Below are positions 30,780 through 43,466 of a stretch of 64,000 nucleotides of DNA, piece by piece; the first letter of the stretch is position 1; each line of letters begins with the position of its first letter. Where the stretch lies: the IMG/VR virus record IMGVR_UViG_3300036770_004732, positions 47,302 to 111,301 of that record; one strand, written 5' to 3'. The DNA comes from a virus. Position numbers and translations under genes: made by a program. The notes beneath the pieces were generated by a model that was not told where the DNA came from, ran no database searches, and worked only from the letters and a program-made list of their open reading frames with translations.

Positions 30780-30802
30780 AAGTGCTTGCGACTTATGGTT
30801 AT

Positions 30803-31468
30803 TTATTTCACAAAGTACATGCGGCGGCGATACTGTTCACCTGGACAGTTTTCTAGATGCTCAATCTCCTCATCTGGAAGGAAGTTCACACCACCAAGAA
30901 GTTTAGCACCAATAAAGATTTCTGCAGATTTTTCACACATCAAAGTCGCAGATGCACAATCCTTTTGATAAGGCGATGCAGTGATAATACCATGATTCTC
31001 TAGAAGAATCAACTTGGGAAAGTAACCGTGTTGATCTACAAACTCACCCACATACTTCTCTACATTTTGAAGTAGTCGAGCACCAGGAGGAGCATAAGGA
31101 ACCAAACAAGATATTGCGCCGTTTCTTACAATCTGGTCTGGAAACCAACGTTGTACAGCGAAATCATTAGCCGCAGGAGAGCAGAGTATCTGTGTAGTCT
31201 TTGGTGGATGTGTATGTGCAATATAATTGATTTCTGGGAAATGCTTCATAATCCAAGCATGGAAAAGCACTTCAATACTTGGTTTCTTATGAGATAATTC
31301 TATTTGTGCTCCATTAGTATTACACAAAGTCAAATCTTCTTCTGATAGTGTATGAAGACTTGTGCCACTTGCTTTGATTAGAAAAGTATCTTCTGTTTGT
31401 CTCTCTGATACATTACCTTCACCACAGATAGTATAGTCAGCAATCGTGTGTGCTAAGTCTAGAAGCAT
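30803..31468 (-). CDS. class II aldolase/adducin family protein
   Basis: GEGNVS, KASG, PSIE..FH, HTHP and LENHG motifs. Confidence 0.88.
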   Translation of the reverse strand: MLLDLAHTIADYTICGEGNVSERQTEDTFLIKASGTSLHTLSEEDLTLCNTNGAQIELSHKKPSIEVLFHAWIMKHFPEINYIAHTHPPKTTQILCSPAANDFAVQRWFPDQIVRNGAISCLVPYAPPGARLLQNVEKYVGEFVDQHGYFPKLILLENHGIITASPYQKDCASATLMCEKSAEIFIGAKLLGGVNFLPDEEIEHLENCPGEQYRRRMYFVK

Positions 31469-31626
31469 CGTTAAGTATTGTAAAATTGTATTTAGAAATT
31501 GTATCAGATATTCAAAAAAGTTTTGTTGTGATTTCTACAAATAGTTAATAATGATAATGGTCTGTGAGTGATAGAAAAAACAAAAAGAAACCGAATGCTA
31601 TGAAGAATATTAGAATTGGGAGCATT

Positions 31627-32055
31627 TTATTGGTGCTTTTGTAGGTATTTAATCATTTCTTCTAAAAGATTTGCATTGTCTCCAACTTGACCCAGAACCA
31701 TATTACAATTTCTACAAAGCAATTGCCTAACTTTACCTGTCTTATGGTCGTGGTCTACACACAATTTCTTCCATTTACCATCACCTTCACCTTTACAAAT
31801 AGCACAAACTCCATTCTGGTTCTTATACATTTCCTGATGTTCTTGAAGAGTTATACCATAATTCCTCTTCAAGTCATTATTTCGTGTTCGTTCTGGATTT
31901 GCTTGATGTCTTGCTTTTACTCTTGCCTTATCACATTCTTTACAAGCAGAGTGCCTCCTACCTGTTTTCTTATCACGCATATAAAACTCTGTAATCTGCT
32001 TTTCAACACCACAGGTCATACAGGTTCTATACAGGTCGGAGTATAGTTTAGTCAT
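31627..32055 (-). CDS. Endonuclease VII-family free-standing homing endonuclease (F-CphI-like position)
   Basis: CAIC...VDHDHKTGKVRQLLCRNCN; N-terminal Zn finger; directly downstream of psbA; TATAAATA at 32080-32087. Confidence 0.85.
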   Translation of the reverse strand: MTKLYSDLYRTCMTCGVEKQITEFYMRDKKTGRRHSACKECDKARVKARHQANPERTRNNDLKRNYGITLQEHQEMYKNQNGVCAICKGEGDGKWKKLCVDHDHKTGKVRQLLCRNCNMVLGQVGDNANLLEEMIKYLQKHQ

Positions 32056-32122
32056 TTCGTGCTTTCTTTCGTGCTTAAATATTTATAAAAAAAGGAACTC
32101 CGAAGAGTTCCCCTTTATTATA

Positions 32123-35000
<2,878 letters not shown>

Positions 35001-35029
35001 TTTACTTTAAAAAGAAATAAGTATGAGTA

Positions 35030-35122
35030 TAGGGATTACTCGTTTACTGATTTCCTTCACTACCCTCAAGTGAAGGTAAGATGAGGGATGCTTTACTTCT
35101 CATGATCCCGGTTAGAGAAGAC
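35030..35122 (-). ncRNA. structured psbA 5' leader (PhotoRC-II-like)
   Basis: Hairpins cttctc/gagaag and ccttcac/gtgaagg, ccctca/tgaggg pairing; directly upstream of phage psbA; family assignment from memory. Confidence 0.55.
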
Positions 35123-35135
35123 AACGTTAAGATTC

Positions 35136-35194
35136 TGTAACAGTTCTTAACTTGTTGTTGTATTTATCATAACACTGTTAGGAAATTCTGTCAA
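35136..35194 (-). promoter_or_regulatory. psbA promoter TTGACA-17-TATGAT with downstream HLR1-like repeat
   Basis: -35 at 35189-35194, -10 at 35166-35171; GTTAAGAA-CT-GTTACAGA downstream. Confidence 0.65.
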
Positions 35195-35269
35195 TAGATT
35201 CAATTTGGAAAAAGAGAGATAATAAATAAGAACCTTTTTACTAAATATTTTGTGTTATAAGTACCACTA

Positions 35270-35383
35270 ATGTCCAAGTCACCCAATAAAGGAAAGAAGG
35301 GTTCTGCTGGTGGAAAGCAATCCAAACAAAATCAAGGTAATGCGACTGCGAAAAAGGCAAAGAATGGAGGTAAGAAAAAATGA
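35270..35383 (+). CDS. 37-aa Lys/Gly-rich basic peptide
   Basis: MSKSPNKGKKGSAGGKQSKQNQGNATAKKAKNGGKKK; stop overlaps the next ATG. Confidence 0.6.
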   Translation: MSKSPNKGKKGSAGGKQSKQNQGNATAKKAKNGGKKK

Positions 35384-35592
35384 TGCCTTTACTTCTTGCT
35401 TCGATTTACACAGCAACTCCATTAGGACCAGGAACTGTTCCTTATTTTGGAAGGCAATGTGATCGTATTCGTATCTATGATAAGTCATTAGATAAGAATT
35501 GGATACTGTGTATCAATGGTGTCTATGAGTTTCCTAAAAAAGGAAAACCAGTAGACAGAAGTTTACCTCAACATAAAACACCATTGATATGA
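35380..35592 (+). CDS. hypothetical protein
   Basis: ORF track; part of a plus-strand operon. Confidence 0.55.
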   Translation: MMPLLLASIYTATPLGPGTVPYFGRQCDRIRIYDKSLDKNWILCINGVYEFPKKGKPVDRSLPQHKTPLI

Positions 35593-35598
35593 GGTTTT

Positions 35599-35790
35599 AT
35601 GCCACGAGAATGGAATACTCCACATCGTGAAAAGTGGAATGCTCCTATACACCAAATTCTAAAAGCAATTGATAATCACACTCACGAATACTTCAAGAGT
35701 GGTGATTTGTGGCATCTAGAAAAAGCAGATATATTAAGAAAATACTTAGACGAATTAAAAACCTGGATTCATAAAGAAGAAGGAAGATGA
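35599..35790 (+). CDS. conserved cyanophage hypothetical protein
   Basis: MPREWNTPHRE.WNAPIH; GAGG RBS. Confidence 0.7.
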   Translation: MPREWNTPHREKWNAPIHQILKAIDNHTHEYFKSGDLWHLEKADILRKYLDELKTWIHKEEGR

Positions 35791-35901
35791 ATGAAGTAGT
35801 TTGGTCAGTAATTATTATGCTGAGTGTTGGAATGATTGGCGTAGGTTGGATAATTTATAAAATATTATGGATTGCAAATCAAGAATTAAAGGAAAAAGAA
35901 A

Positions 35902-36147
35902 ATGAAAGGTCTCAAATTACTTGATAAGCTAATTGTTTTGATTGTTGTTGGTACAGTTGGTTATGTTGGTGTAACTTTTGCCAATTGCAACTTTATGATT
36001 CCAGGTTCTATGGAAAGAGCAGATGCATTGGGAGGTTTAGTAAATCCTCCACCCTTAGACTGTAAGGAGTCTGAGAGTAGAGGATATAATGCTTTGTTTA
36101 CTTTATTTACGGCATTGCTTGGACTAAAAGCAAAGATGGAAGATTAG
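35902..36147 (+). CDS. small membrane protein with two hydrophobic segments (holin-like candidate)
   Basis: Two hydrophobic segments; converges on the lysozyme gene. Confidence 0.55.
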   Translation: MKGLKLLDKLIVLIVVGTVGYVGVTFANCNFMIPGSMERADALGGLVNPPPLDCKESESRGYNALFTLFTALLGLKAKMED

Positions 36148-36220
36148 TCCTGATATTCTTGAATCTCAAAAGGTGCCTAAAAGACACCCCTTCTACCTAT
36201 AATGCGACCTACAGGCATTT

Positions 36221-36856
36221 TTATTTATTCAGTTTATTAAGACCTTCCGTCCACAATTTCCCTTCAGCAATTCTCCTTCTCCTCAATCCTACCTCAACTT
36301 TTGTTCCGGGATTTCTATAAAGTTCTAATGTTTTGGGAATTGCTTTCCAATCCTTTTCTCTTAAGTTTTTAGAAATAGTATTGAAACCATCGGCATTATA
36401 AAAACCGGCACCTAAATTATATGCGAATGATAATAAACTTCCTCTCATTTCATCATTCATTTCATTCCAATAAGGAATTTTTTGAAGAGCAGAAAGAAAT
36501 TCTTTTTTTAATTGAAAATACAAAAGATCGTCTGCTTCTTCCTGAGTGATCTTATTTCCAATTAAAAACCTTGATCCATCTTTTCTACGAGTGCTTCCCC
36601 AACCGATAGTGATTGGAAGTCCACCAGTTAAGGGGTCATAATATGCTTTGAGATGGCATCCCTCAAACTCTTTGATTAATTTAATACCTGATTCTGAAAG
36701 ACCTTCAAAAGTTGGTTCTACTTTTTGATTTCTGAAGCGTCTTGCAAACTCATCAAGAACTTCTTTATGAACAGTCGCTTGAAGAAATTCCCAAGCATCA
36801 ATTTGATGTGGAAGATCTTTATGATGTTTTACAGCGTCAATAAATTTGATAGTCAT
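36221..36856 (-). CDS. GH24 lysozyme (endolysin)
   Basis: LIKEFEGC.LKAYYD...TIGWG, SFAYNLG and GLRRRRIAE motifs. Confidence 0.92.
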   Translation of the reverse strand: MTIKFIDAVKHHKDLPHQIDAWEFLQATVHKEVLDEFARRFRNQKVEPTFEGLSESGIKLIKEFEGCHLKAYYDPLTGGLPITIGWGSTRRKDGSRFLIGNKITQEEADDLLYFQLKKEFLSALQKIPYWNEMNDEMRGSLLSFAYNLGAGFYNADGFNTISKNLREKDWKAIPKTLELYRNPGTKVEVGLRRRRIAEGKLWTEGLNKLNK

Positions 36857-37545
36857 GAAAAAATTCTACCCCAACCAGTTTTATCCTTATTTTTCTCTAA
36901 CCAACGATATTTAAGAACTTCAACAGGATAAACGACACCTTTACCTTTATTTACTGGTGTAGTATATCCCGTCATTAAATCCCCATATGGATCATTACAG
37001 ATATAAGATTTTCCATCAAGACCTTTTCCTATTACACAAAGCATATGCCCACCAGTAGGTGCAGATAAAGGACCGCGATGAAGGATCCCGATAACAACAG
37101 GTCTCCCAGCGGCAAGCTCCCTATCAAGATCAGCAAAAGTAAGATTGTAACTAAATCGTGACTTAATACCATAACCTTGTAGAACACGGGTCTGAACCGC
37201 GTGATCTGTCGTATCACCGATTGTAAATACTTTGCGAATGTAAGAATCATCACCCTTAGGCCCCTGAAGTGTTCCTGGTTTAAAATACTCTAAACACATT
37301 GCACAGGCAGATGAGTTGCAGGTTCTCTGTGCGTCTCTATAATTATCTGTCTGTGGAAACCAAGGAAAGTTTGGAAGAATGTTTGATTTTGGATGTTCTA
37401 CTTTTGAGCGATAGACCTTCACCCACTCAGAATCATCCTGCATAAACGTGTTAGGCAGAGTATCCTCAAGAATCTGAACTGCTCTAACGTGATTTGGATT
37501 TTTTTCGTCGTAAAATTTAAAAAAGTTATGAAGATCTATTTTCAT
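36853..37545 (-). CDS. peptidase C39-like protein
   Basis: Q.DN..RTCNSSACAM, GGHML and NDPYG catalytic residues. Confidence 0.85.
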   Translation of the reverse strand: MKIDLHNFFKFYDEKNPNHVRAVQILEDTLPNTFMQDDSEWVKVYRSKVEHPKSNILPNFPWFPQTDNYRDAQRTCNSSACAMCLEYFKPGTLQGPKGDDSYIRKVFTIGDTTDHAVQTRVLQGYGIKSRFSYNLTFADLDRELAAGRPVVIGILHRGPLSAPTGGHMLCVIGKGLDGKSYICNDPYGDLMTGYTTPVNKGKGVVYPVEVLKYRWLEKNKDKTGWGRIFS

Positions 37546-37568
37546 CTTTGTTCTCAATAAAATCCTAT

Positions 37569-37727
37569 TTATCTAGCATACTCTTCTATTTTGTCCAATA
37601 CTTTGTTAAGATACAAATGAGCAAGTCCTTTAGGATCTGATACCCGAGTTGTGTCTTGATCTAATTGATGCTTATAAGTCAACAATATTCTCTTCATTTC
37701 TTCTTTCGTCAAACTTCCTCTTGGCAT
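37569..37727 (-). CDS. small hypothetical protein (52 aa)
   Basis: MPRGSLTKEEMK...AHLYLNKVLDKIEEYAR. Confidence 0.55.
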   Translation of the reverse strand: MPRGSLTKEEMKRILLTYKHQLDQDTTRVSDPKGLAHLYLNKVLDKIEEYAR

Positions 37728-37898
37728 ATATTAAAAAACTCTACCTTATTTAGAAGACAGAGTAAATATATTTACTTTTTAACATAAACTGGTTGAAGTT
37801 TTCCACCACTTTGATCGTCATCATCAGGTGGTTGTGATAATTTCCATAAAATCAAAACAACCCACAAAACTAAAAGTATTTGTGGTAAAGAAATCATC

Positions 37899-38018
37899 TC
37901 ACCATACTCCCGGAATAATTTGCCCGCTGACCAAATAAGCACCAACAGCGGCAACGAATCCAATCATCGCGGCACGTCCATTCAGGCGCTCTGCTGCTTC
38001 AGTAAAAATTTTGTCCAT
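37899..38018 (-). CDS. hli: high-light inducible protein (39 aa)
   Basis: AERLNGRAAMIGF...GQIIPG; below the ORF-track size cut-off. Confidence 0.92.
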   Translation of the reverse strand: MDKIFTEAAERLNGRAAMIGFVAAVGAYLVSGQIIPGVW

Positions 38019-38115
38019 TGTTTTTCTCCTTAATAAGTTTCAGAAAGTTTGTTTACAGAGTGTGCGAGAAGCACAAAGAAAGTAATGCTTGTAAGTGTAA
38101 AAACTAATTCAGTCA

Positions 38116-38310
38116 TCAGAAAATGCCGAAGAAGAACTTACCAGTTGCTGCATAGGAAATAAATCCGGCAATAATTCCCATCATTGCCCAGCGTCCATTG
38201 TAAGTCTCCTTAATTTCGTTAGGGGAATACATACCGTAGTTTTCATAATACATCGTGGGTTCTTTAGCAAACATATTTTGCTGACCCCTCTCATTGGTTG
38301 TGACCGTCAT
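38116..38310 (-). CDS. hli: high-light inducible protein
   Basis: GQQNMFAKEP...ETYNGRWAMMG..TGKFFFGIF. Confidence 0.9.
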   Translation of the reverse strand: MTVTTNERGQQNMFAKEPTMYYENYGMYSPNEIKETYNGRWAMMGIIAGFISYAATGKFFFGIF

Positions 38311-38320
38311 TTTTGTTTTA

Positions 38321-38366
38321 TTAAGAACTGTTACATAATTATATAGGAAATGTTAAGGAAAGTCAA
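38321..38366 (-). promoter_or_regulatory. hli promoter TTGACT-17-TATAAT with HLR1-like motif
   Basis: -35 at 38361-38366, -10 at 38338-38343; TTAAGAACTGTTACA at 38321-38335. Confidence 0.6.
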
Positions 38367-38404
38367 GGATTTTTGTTGGGGTCTCCTAACATTAATGAGT
38401 ATTT

Positions 38405-39211
38405 TTACTTGCCTTCCCAACCTGGTGGAAGTGTCCCATAATAAGGATCATATTCAAATATTTTATTCCAATCTTCTACATTGGTTGCATCAACTTTCCA
38501 AAAATTCCATAAACTTTCATATGTGTTTTTATGAAAAGTATCAATATGATCAGTATGAATAGATGATCCCAATTCAATCTTATAAAGAAACAATGGAATT
38601 GCAAAAGTATTTCCAGAGTTATAAATCAAGTCATCGGCAACTGCTCTTGGTTTAACTCCGTTATCAATTTTATATTTTTCACCACGAACATGAAGATTAA
38701 TTAATTTTTGTGCATGATGTCGTGTAATTAAATAACATGCAGTAGAAAAATCATTCACAAATCTACGATGAAGATTTAAATGAACTGGAGTAGTGCTAAT
38801 AATTGCAAGTTGAACTACATCATAAGCATATGGGACTTTTCCATAAAAATCCTTCCAAGTGAAAGGCCAATACTGAACTGTACTTAAATCACAGTCATCT
38901 TCCATGATTAAAGCACAAGGATCATTAGTATTTTCCAAAAAATGACATATTGCTTTAAGATGTGAAGTGGTACATCCAACTTCACCAGAACTCATATTAT
39001 CTGGATATCTACCCTTCAAAATATCTCCAAGATCATTACCATCTCTACCATCATAAGCAGAAATTCTTGTGTAATTTTCTATTTCCCAATATTTAAATTG
39101 GTCTTCCATGTATTGCTTTCTTTCTGGTTGACCATCTATATTCAAATAATAAATGGGTGGAAGACCTTTAAGTTTGTATGTAGATTTGTTTTTATCCATC
39201 ATCTTATGCAA
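38405..39211 (-). CDS. GT25 glycosyltransferase
   Basis: YYLNID..ERK, GEVGCTTSHL and MEDD motifs. Confidence 0.85.
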   Translation of the reverse strand: MHKMMDKNKSTYKLKGLPPIYYLNIDGQPERKQYMEDQFKYWEIENYTRISAYDGRDGNDLGDILKGRYPDNMSSGEVGCTTSHLKAICHFLENTNDPCALIMEDDCDLSTVQYWPFTWKDFYGKVPYAYDVVQLAIISTTPVHLNLHRRFVNDFSTACYLITRHHAQKLINLHVRGEKYKIDNGVKPRAVADDLIYNSGNTFAIPLFLYKIELGSSIHTDHIDTFHKNTYESLWNFWKVDATNVEDWNKIFEYDPYYGTLPPGWEGK

Positions 39212-39932
39212 AAGAGTTTAATATGAAATAAAGAACTTCTACTTTTTTAGACTTTTCAGATGTATTATAATTATTATGCCAAGAGCAAGCGTTCCTAAAG
39301 TGTAGGAACTTCTGATCTAAATGAAGTTCAAATCCATATCCATCATCATTTTCAAGTAAATTTATACCATTAAAAGTATCAGGATACTCTACTTCCGATG
39401 GTTTAAATGCCAACTCTTTAAGAAGGAAATAAGTTCCCCCTCCGGTATCAAGTTGCTCACCTTCAATAGTACAAGGAAGAAAGTTAAATGAAATATTTTT
39501 AACCTTAGAAATATTCAGAATAGTAAGACCTGGCCAAACATAATTAATATGTCCTCTTGATTGAGAACAACCAGAGATATCAAATCCTTCCATATATTCT
39601 TCAAGATTGAATTCATCAATCAAAAACATATCATGATCAACAAGAAGAACATAGTCGTTAAGACATTTTTTTATCATCACATTTTCATATGCCCATGTAA
39701 CAGATAAACCATGATAAAAACTTGGACTTAAATTATCTTCAGACTTATGTGAGTAAAAAGACACTTTCTCTTCCTCACACAGTTGTTTAAATTGATTTAA
39801 ATACTTATCATCCCTATAATCACAGACTGCATTGAATTGATATTCACCAACAAAATATTTTTTAAAAAACTCTATCTGTTTTTTAAACAGATCTGGTCTA
39901 TTAAATACAAAGATAAAAATCTGTGTCTTCAT
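39204..39932 (-). CDS. putative GT-A glycosyltransferase
   Basis: FVFNRPD, DHD and DTGG motifs. Confidence 0.65.
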   Translation of the reverse strand: MKTQIFIFVFNRPDLFKKQIEFFKKYFVGEYQFNAVCDYRDDKYLNQFKQLCEEEKVSFYSHKSEDNLSPSFYHGLSVTWAYENVMIKKCLNDYVLLVDHDMFLIDEFNLEEYMEGFDISGCSQSRGHINYVWPGLTILNISKVKNISFNFLPCTIEGEQLDTGGGTYFLLKELAFKPSEVEYPDTFNGINLLENDDGYGFELHLDQKFLHFRNACSWHNNYNTSEKSKKVEVLYFILNSFA

Positions 39933-40828
39933 AATTGTGCAGAAATCCAATTTTCGAGTTTCATAGTAGGTTCCCAACCAAAAGTCTTACGAAGTTTTTG
40001 ATTATTAGCAAGACTAACTCTTGCTTCTCCTGGACGCGGAGCAATATTTACAGTATGATTAGAAATCATTTTTGCAATTTGATTAACTGAATAATTTGTT
40101 CCAGTGCCAACATTATAAAGTTGTCCAAAAGCATTATCATCAACTTCTCGGATTGCTGCCAAAATATTCGCTTGGCAAACATCTCCAACATAAGTAAAAT
40201 CTCTACGCTGATTTCCATCACCAACAATCGTCAGAGGTTCATTATCTCCTCTTTGGCGTAGAAAAATTCCAATTACAGGAGCATATTGACCCTTAAGAGG
40301 TTGACGCTCACCATAGACATTAAAATATCTAAAAGCAATGGTTGGAAGTCCATAAAGTCTTGTATACATTTTACAAAGTTTTTCGCCATTGACTTTTGAA
40401 ACTGAATAAGGATTCAAACAATCATCAATTTGAGTCTCAACATTTGGAGGTTCATTCATTCCATACCCTGAAGATGTGGAAGAATAGATTACGCGCTTTA
40501 CACCTGCTTCACGAGCACATTGAAGAACAGTTACCGTACCAACCGAGTTAATACTTACTGCTTCAATAGGATTATGAATTGCTGGTTGAATTCGTGCTTC
40601 TGCAGCAATATGAAAAACATAATCTACACCATCATAAAGAGGGCGAGTGTTTTTATAGTCACGAATATCATACTTATAATTTTGTGCTTTATCGTTCCAA
40701 TAAAAGTGATCATGAACATCAGAATATTCATTATCAATCACAACAACTTCATGTCCAAGATCAATCAAACGATCAACAAGATTGGAACCGATAAATCCAG
40801 CACCACCAGTAACTAGTGATTTAGTCAT
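39929..40828 (-). CDS. NAD-dependent nucleotide-sugar epimerase/dehydratase
   Basis: TGGAGFIG, YSVSK and FRYFNVYG motifs. Confidence 0.92.
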   Translation of the reverse strand: MTKSLVTGGAGFIGSNLVDRLIDLGHEVVVIDNEYSDVHDHFYWNDKAQNYKYDIRDYKNTRPLYDGVDYVFHIAAEARIQPAIHNPIEAVSINSVGTVTVLQCAREAGVKRVIYSSTSSGYGMNEPPNVETQIDDCLNPYSVSKVNGEKLCKMYTRLYGLPTIAFRYFNVYGERQPLKGQYAPVIGIFLRQRGDNEPLTIVGDGNQRRDFTYVGDVCQANILAAIREVDDNAFGQLYNVGTGTNYSVNQIAKMISNHTVNIAPRPGEARVSLANNQKLRKTFGWEPTMKLENWISAQL

Positions 40829-41469
40829 ACAACTCTCTCAGGTAAAAAATAGTTTTTATTGTAATTAAAGCATTCTTCAGTCGGATAACTTGTCAATGGA
40901 TTCACAGTTCCATGATATCCACTTGTTTGATAGAAGAATGGATCATCAAAAGTATAGACATTAAACCAACGCTGTATCTCAGCAAATCCAATGTCTTGAT
41001 AATCTTCAATTATGTATCCAGCGTGATACGTTATCCTTTGGCACATTCTAACATACTCATCAGTTAGATACAAGACTGAATGTCCACCCAACATATTATA
41101 AGTTCGATACAGATCATCCTTTATATGCTCATATTGAACATATGGTCCAGAATGACCGTTCATTCTCCCCCAAGATGAAATACCAAGATAAACAGCATCA
41201 GCATCATCAGGAACTTCAATCTCTGGACGGAAGTTCTTGATCATACAATCATCTTCAAAAAGAATGAATGGTGGATCAATCTCAGATAATCCCTTATGGT
41301 GAGCAGCAGAGCATCCAGCAACAGGACGATCAGGGCGAGGAACACCCTCTACACGAATAATAGTCTTGAACCCACACTCTTTAAGAATATTTTGCATATT
41401 CTCGTTCTTTTCAGTGTGCTGTTCAAGATTCATATAAACAGCAGGAATTTCTCTAAGATCTAAGTTCAT
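40825..41469 (-). CDS. GT25-like glycosyltransferase
   Basis: YMNL, GCSAAH and FEDD motifs. Confidence 0.7.
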   Translation of the reverse strand: MNLDLREIPAVYMNLEQHTEKNENMQNILKECGFKTIIRVEGVPRPDRPVAGCSAAHHKGLSEIDPPFILFEDDCMIKNFRPEIEVPDDADAVYLGISSWGRMNGHSGPYVQYEHIKDDLYRTYNMLGGHSVLYLTDEYVRMCQRITYHAGYIIEDYQDIGFAEIQRWFNVYTFDDPFFYQTSGYHGTVNPLTSYPTEECFNYNKNYFLPERVV

Positions 41470-42148
41470 TGTGATTCTTTTTCAAAGCAATAATTTTTGG
41501 TTCATAAGGATACTGAGGATTATTCATTTGCTCCTCAGCGAAACAGTATGAAGGAGTTAGACTCAATGTAGGTGGGTTATCAATTAGATAACGATTCATT
41601 TGAGATTCATCGTGCCAAAGTGCAATCACATTATTTTCAAGATCCTTTGTTACACGATCAGCAAGAACTTCTGCCATTTCAAGAAATCTTTTGGTAGAAC
41701 CACCGTTGAACCCACCAGCATAATAATGCTCACCTTCTTCACCCACAGGAACATATGCTAACGATTTTGGATTTCTATCATAAGATCTTTCTTCCTTTGG
41801 ATAGAAAGATTGATATGGGTGCATTGTTGCGACCAAATCACTCAAAACTTCATCACCAACTTTATCAACAAGACCCATATCTACATCGAAGTAGAAGCAG
41901 TAATCAAACTGAGAGATAAACTCCTTCTCCTTTACAAAGTAATTGTATCTTTTTAAAGTCGGCATTGGCCAGGGTTCGTGTTCGATCTGACAAACTCTTA
42001 CATTATCAGATGTTTCTACTTCATGGTCTGTAAAAAATAGACATTCAATGTCATGCCCGTTGAGGAAGTTTTCTTCGATATTATCAAGAAGTCTCTCAAC
42101 AAACTGAATATACTTATTTGTTGCGATTGTTAAAATACAGATTTTCAT
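41453..42148 (-). CDS. GT6 (ABO-type) glycosyltransferase
   Basis: IATNKY, WP..TLKRY, FDVDM, YYAGGFNGG and WHDESQMN motifs. Confidence 0.92.
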   Translation of the reverse strand: MKICILTIATNKYIQFVERLLDNIEENFLNGHDIECLFFTDHEVETSDNVRVCQIEHEPWPMPTLKRYNYFVKEKEFISQFDYCFYFDVDMGLVDKVGDEVLSDLVATMHPYQSFYPKEERSYDRNPKSLAYVPVGEEGEHYYAGGFNGGSTKRFLEMAEVLADRVTKDLENNVIALWHDESQMNRYLIDNPPTLSLTPSYCFAEEQMNNPQYPYEPKIIALKKNHNELRS

Positions 42149-42855
42149 TTTTGAACCAAAATCCAAGTTTGCGATTGGCAATGTTCTACATTTTCAATTA
42201 TATCATTAGTCATAACATCTCTAGTGTTTGGCCAACCAAAATGCGTAAAGATATGATTAATGTATGATAAATTTCCCCAATATCCACATTCAAGAACATT
42301 AAATCCAACACTTACACTCAAAGAACAAAGTCCACTTGGAGTGATACCCCAAAAATGAAATGGAACTTGATGAGGAATATTAATTGTAGGAACAGTTGTA
42401 TAAAGATAACCACCAGGTTTAAGGTGATTATATAAATTTTTCATACTGACGAAAGGATTATACAAATGCTCCAAAGTTTGATTAAAAATAATCATATCAT
42501 AATCTTTATCATCTAGATTCATAGTATGAAGATCATATTTCTGGTCTATGAGATAATCACAAACTGTAATACTATCATACTCAATATGTTCCAATTCACA
42601 ATCGGTTGCACAAGTTGATAGTAATTTACCTACATGTTTTAAATTATATTTTTCAATCCATTCCTTATAGTCAAATAAAGATGCTAATCGCGGAAAGTCT
42701 GCAGGAAACCACCTTGCTTTTTCATCATCAGAAAGTTTATGATATTCATCATTTGCTTTTCTAAAGTATTCTTCAGGTTTAACAACATGCTTTTTATAAA
42801 GTTCGTCAATTTCATCAATCGACAAAAGGTTAACTTCAAAATAATGTTTTTTCAT
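42145..42855 (-). CDS. class I SAM-dependent methyltransferase-like protein
   Basis: YDMIIFNQTLEHLYNP and LKPGG motifs. Confidence 0.75.
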   Translation of the reverse strand: MKKHYFEVNLLSIDEIDELYKKHVVKPEEYFRKANDEYHKLSDDEKARWFPADFPRLASLFDYKEWIEKYNLKHVGKLLSTCATDCELEHIEYDSITVCDYLIDQKYDLHTMNLDDKDYDMIIFNQTLEHLYNPFVSMKNLYNHLKPGGYLYTTVPTINIPHQVPFHFWGITPSGLCSLSVSVGFNVLECGYWGNLSYINHIFTHFGWPNTRDVMTNDIIENVEHCQSQTWILVQK

Positions 42856-43466
42856 TTCTTTTTAATATAAAGTGCATCTCCCCAAGTATCTCCCTGCCAA
42901 CTTACTTCAACTCTTTTCATATTATATTCCAAAAGAAAATCATCTATTTCTTGTATATATGCATTATTTTCATAGACTTCATCACGGTTAACTTCACAGT
43001 AAACATAATCTATATACTCCAATGTTTTTTTTGCACCCTTTAAAACTTCCAGTTCATAACCTTGAACATCCATATTTAAAAAATTAAAATTTTTATAATT
43101 ATAACTATCTAATGTTTTTAGTTCTACACTTTCTTTTACATTAAAAGTAATATCTCTATATTGAGTTAAATGCTTTTTTGGTTTTAAAATAGAACTGCTC
43201 AACCCTTTATTACTACTAACATACATGTCAACAGTTCCTTCTGTAGAACCAAGAGCAACTTGATGTCCCCAAATATTAGCATTTAAATTGCGAACATTTC
43301 TTTCAAGAGTAGTAAAATTATTCACCAATGGTTCAAAAATTGCAATATTTTGAATTCCAGTTTCAACATATTCACAAATTTCTTCGCCAAAATGACCACC
43401 AACGTGGATTATACCACTTATATCCATTTTGTAATTATTTTTTATTTGAGTAAAACTAATTAACAT
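42852..43466 (-). CDS. FkbM family methyltransferase
   Basis: HVGGHFGEE, FEP and MDVQGYELEVLKG motifs. Confidence 0.88.
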   Translation of the reverse strand: MLISFTQIKNNYKMDISGIIHVGGHFGEEICEYVETGIQNIAIFEPLVNNFTTLERNVRNLNANIWGHQVALGSTEGTVDMYVSSNKGLSSSILKPKKHLTQYRDITFNVKESVELKTLDSYNYKNFNFLNMDVQGYELEVLKGAKKTLEYIDYVYCEVNRDEVYENNAYIQEIDDFLLEYNMKRVEVSWQGDTWGDALYIKKK

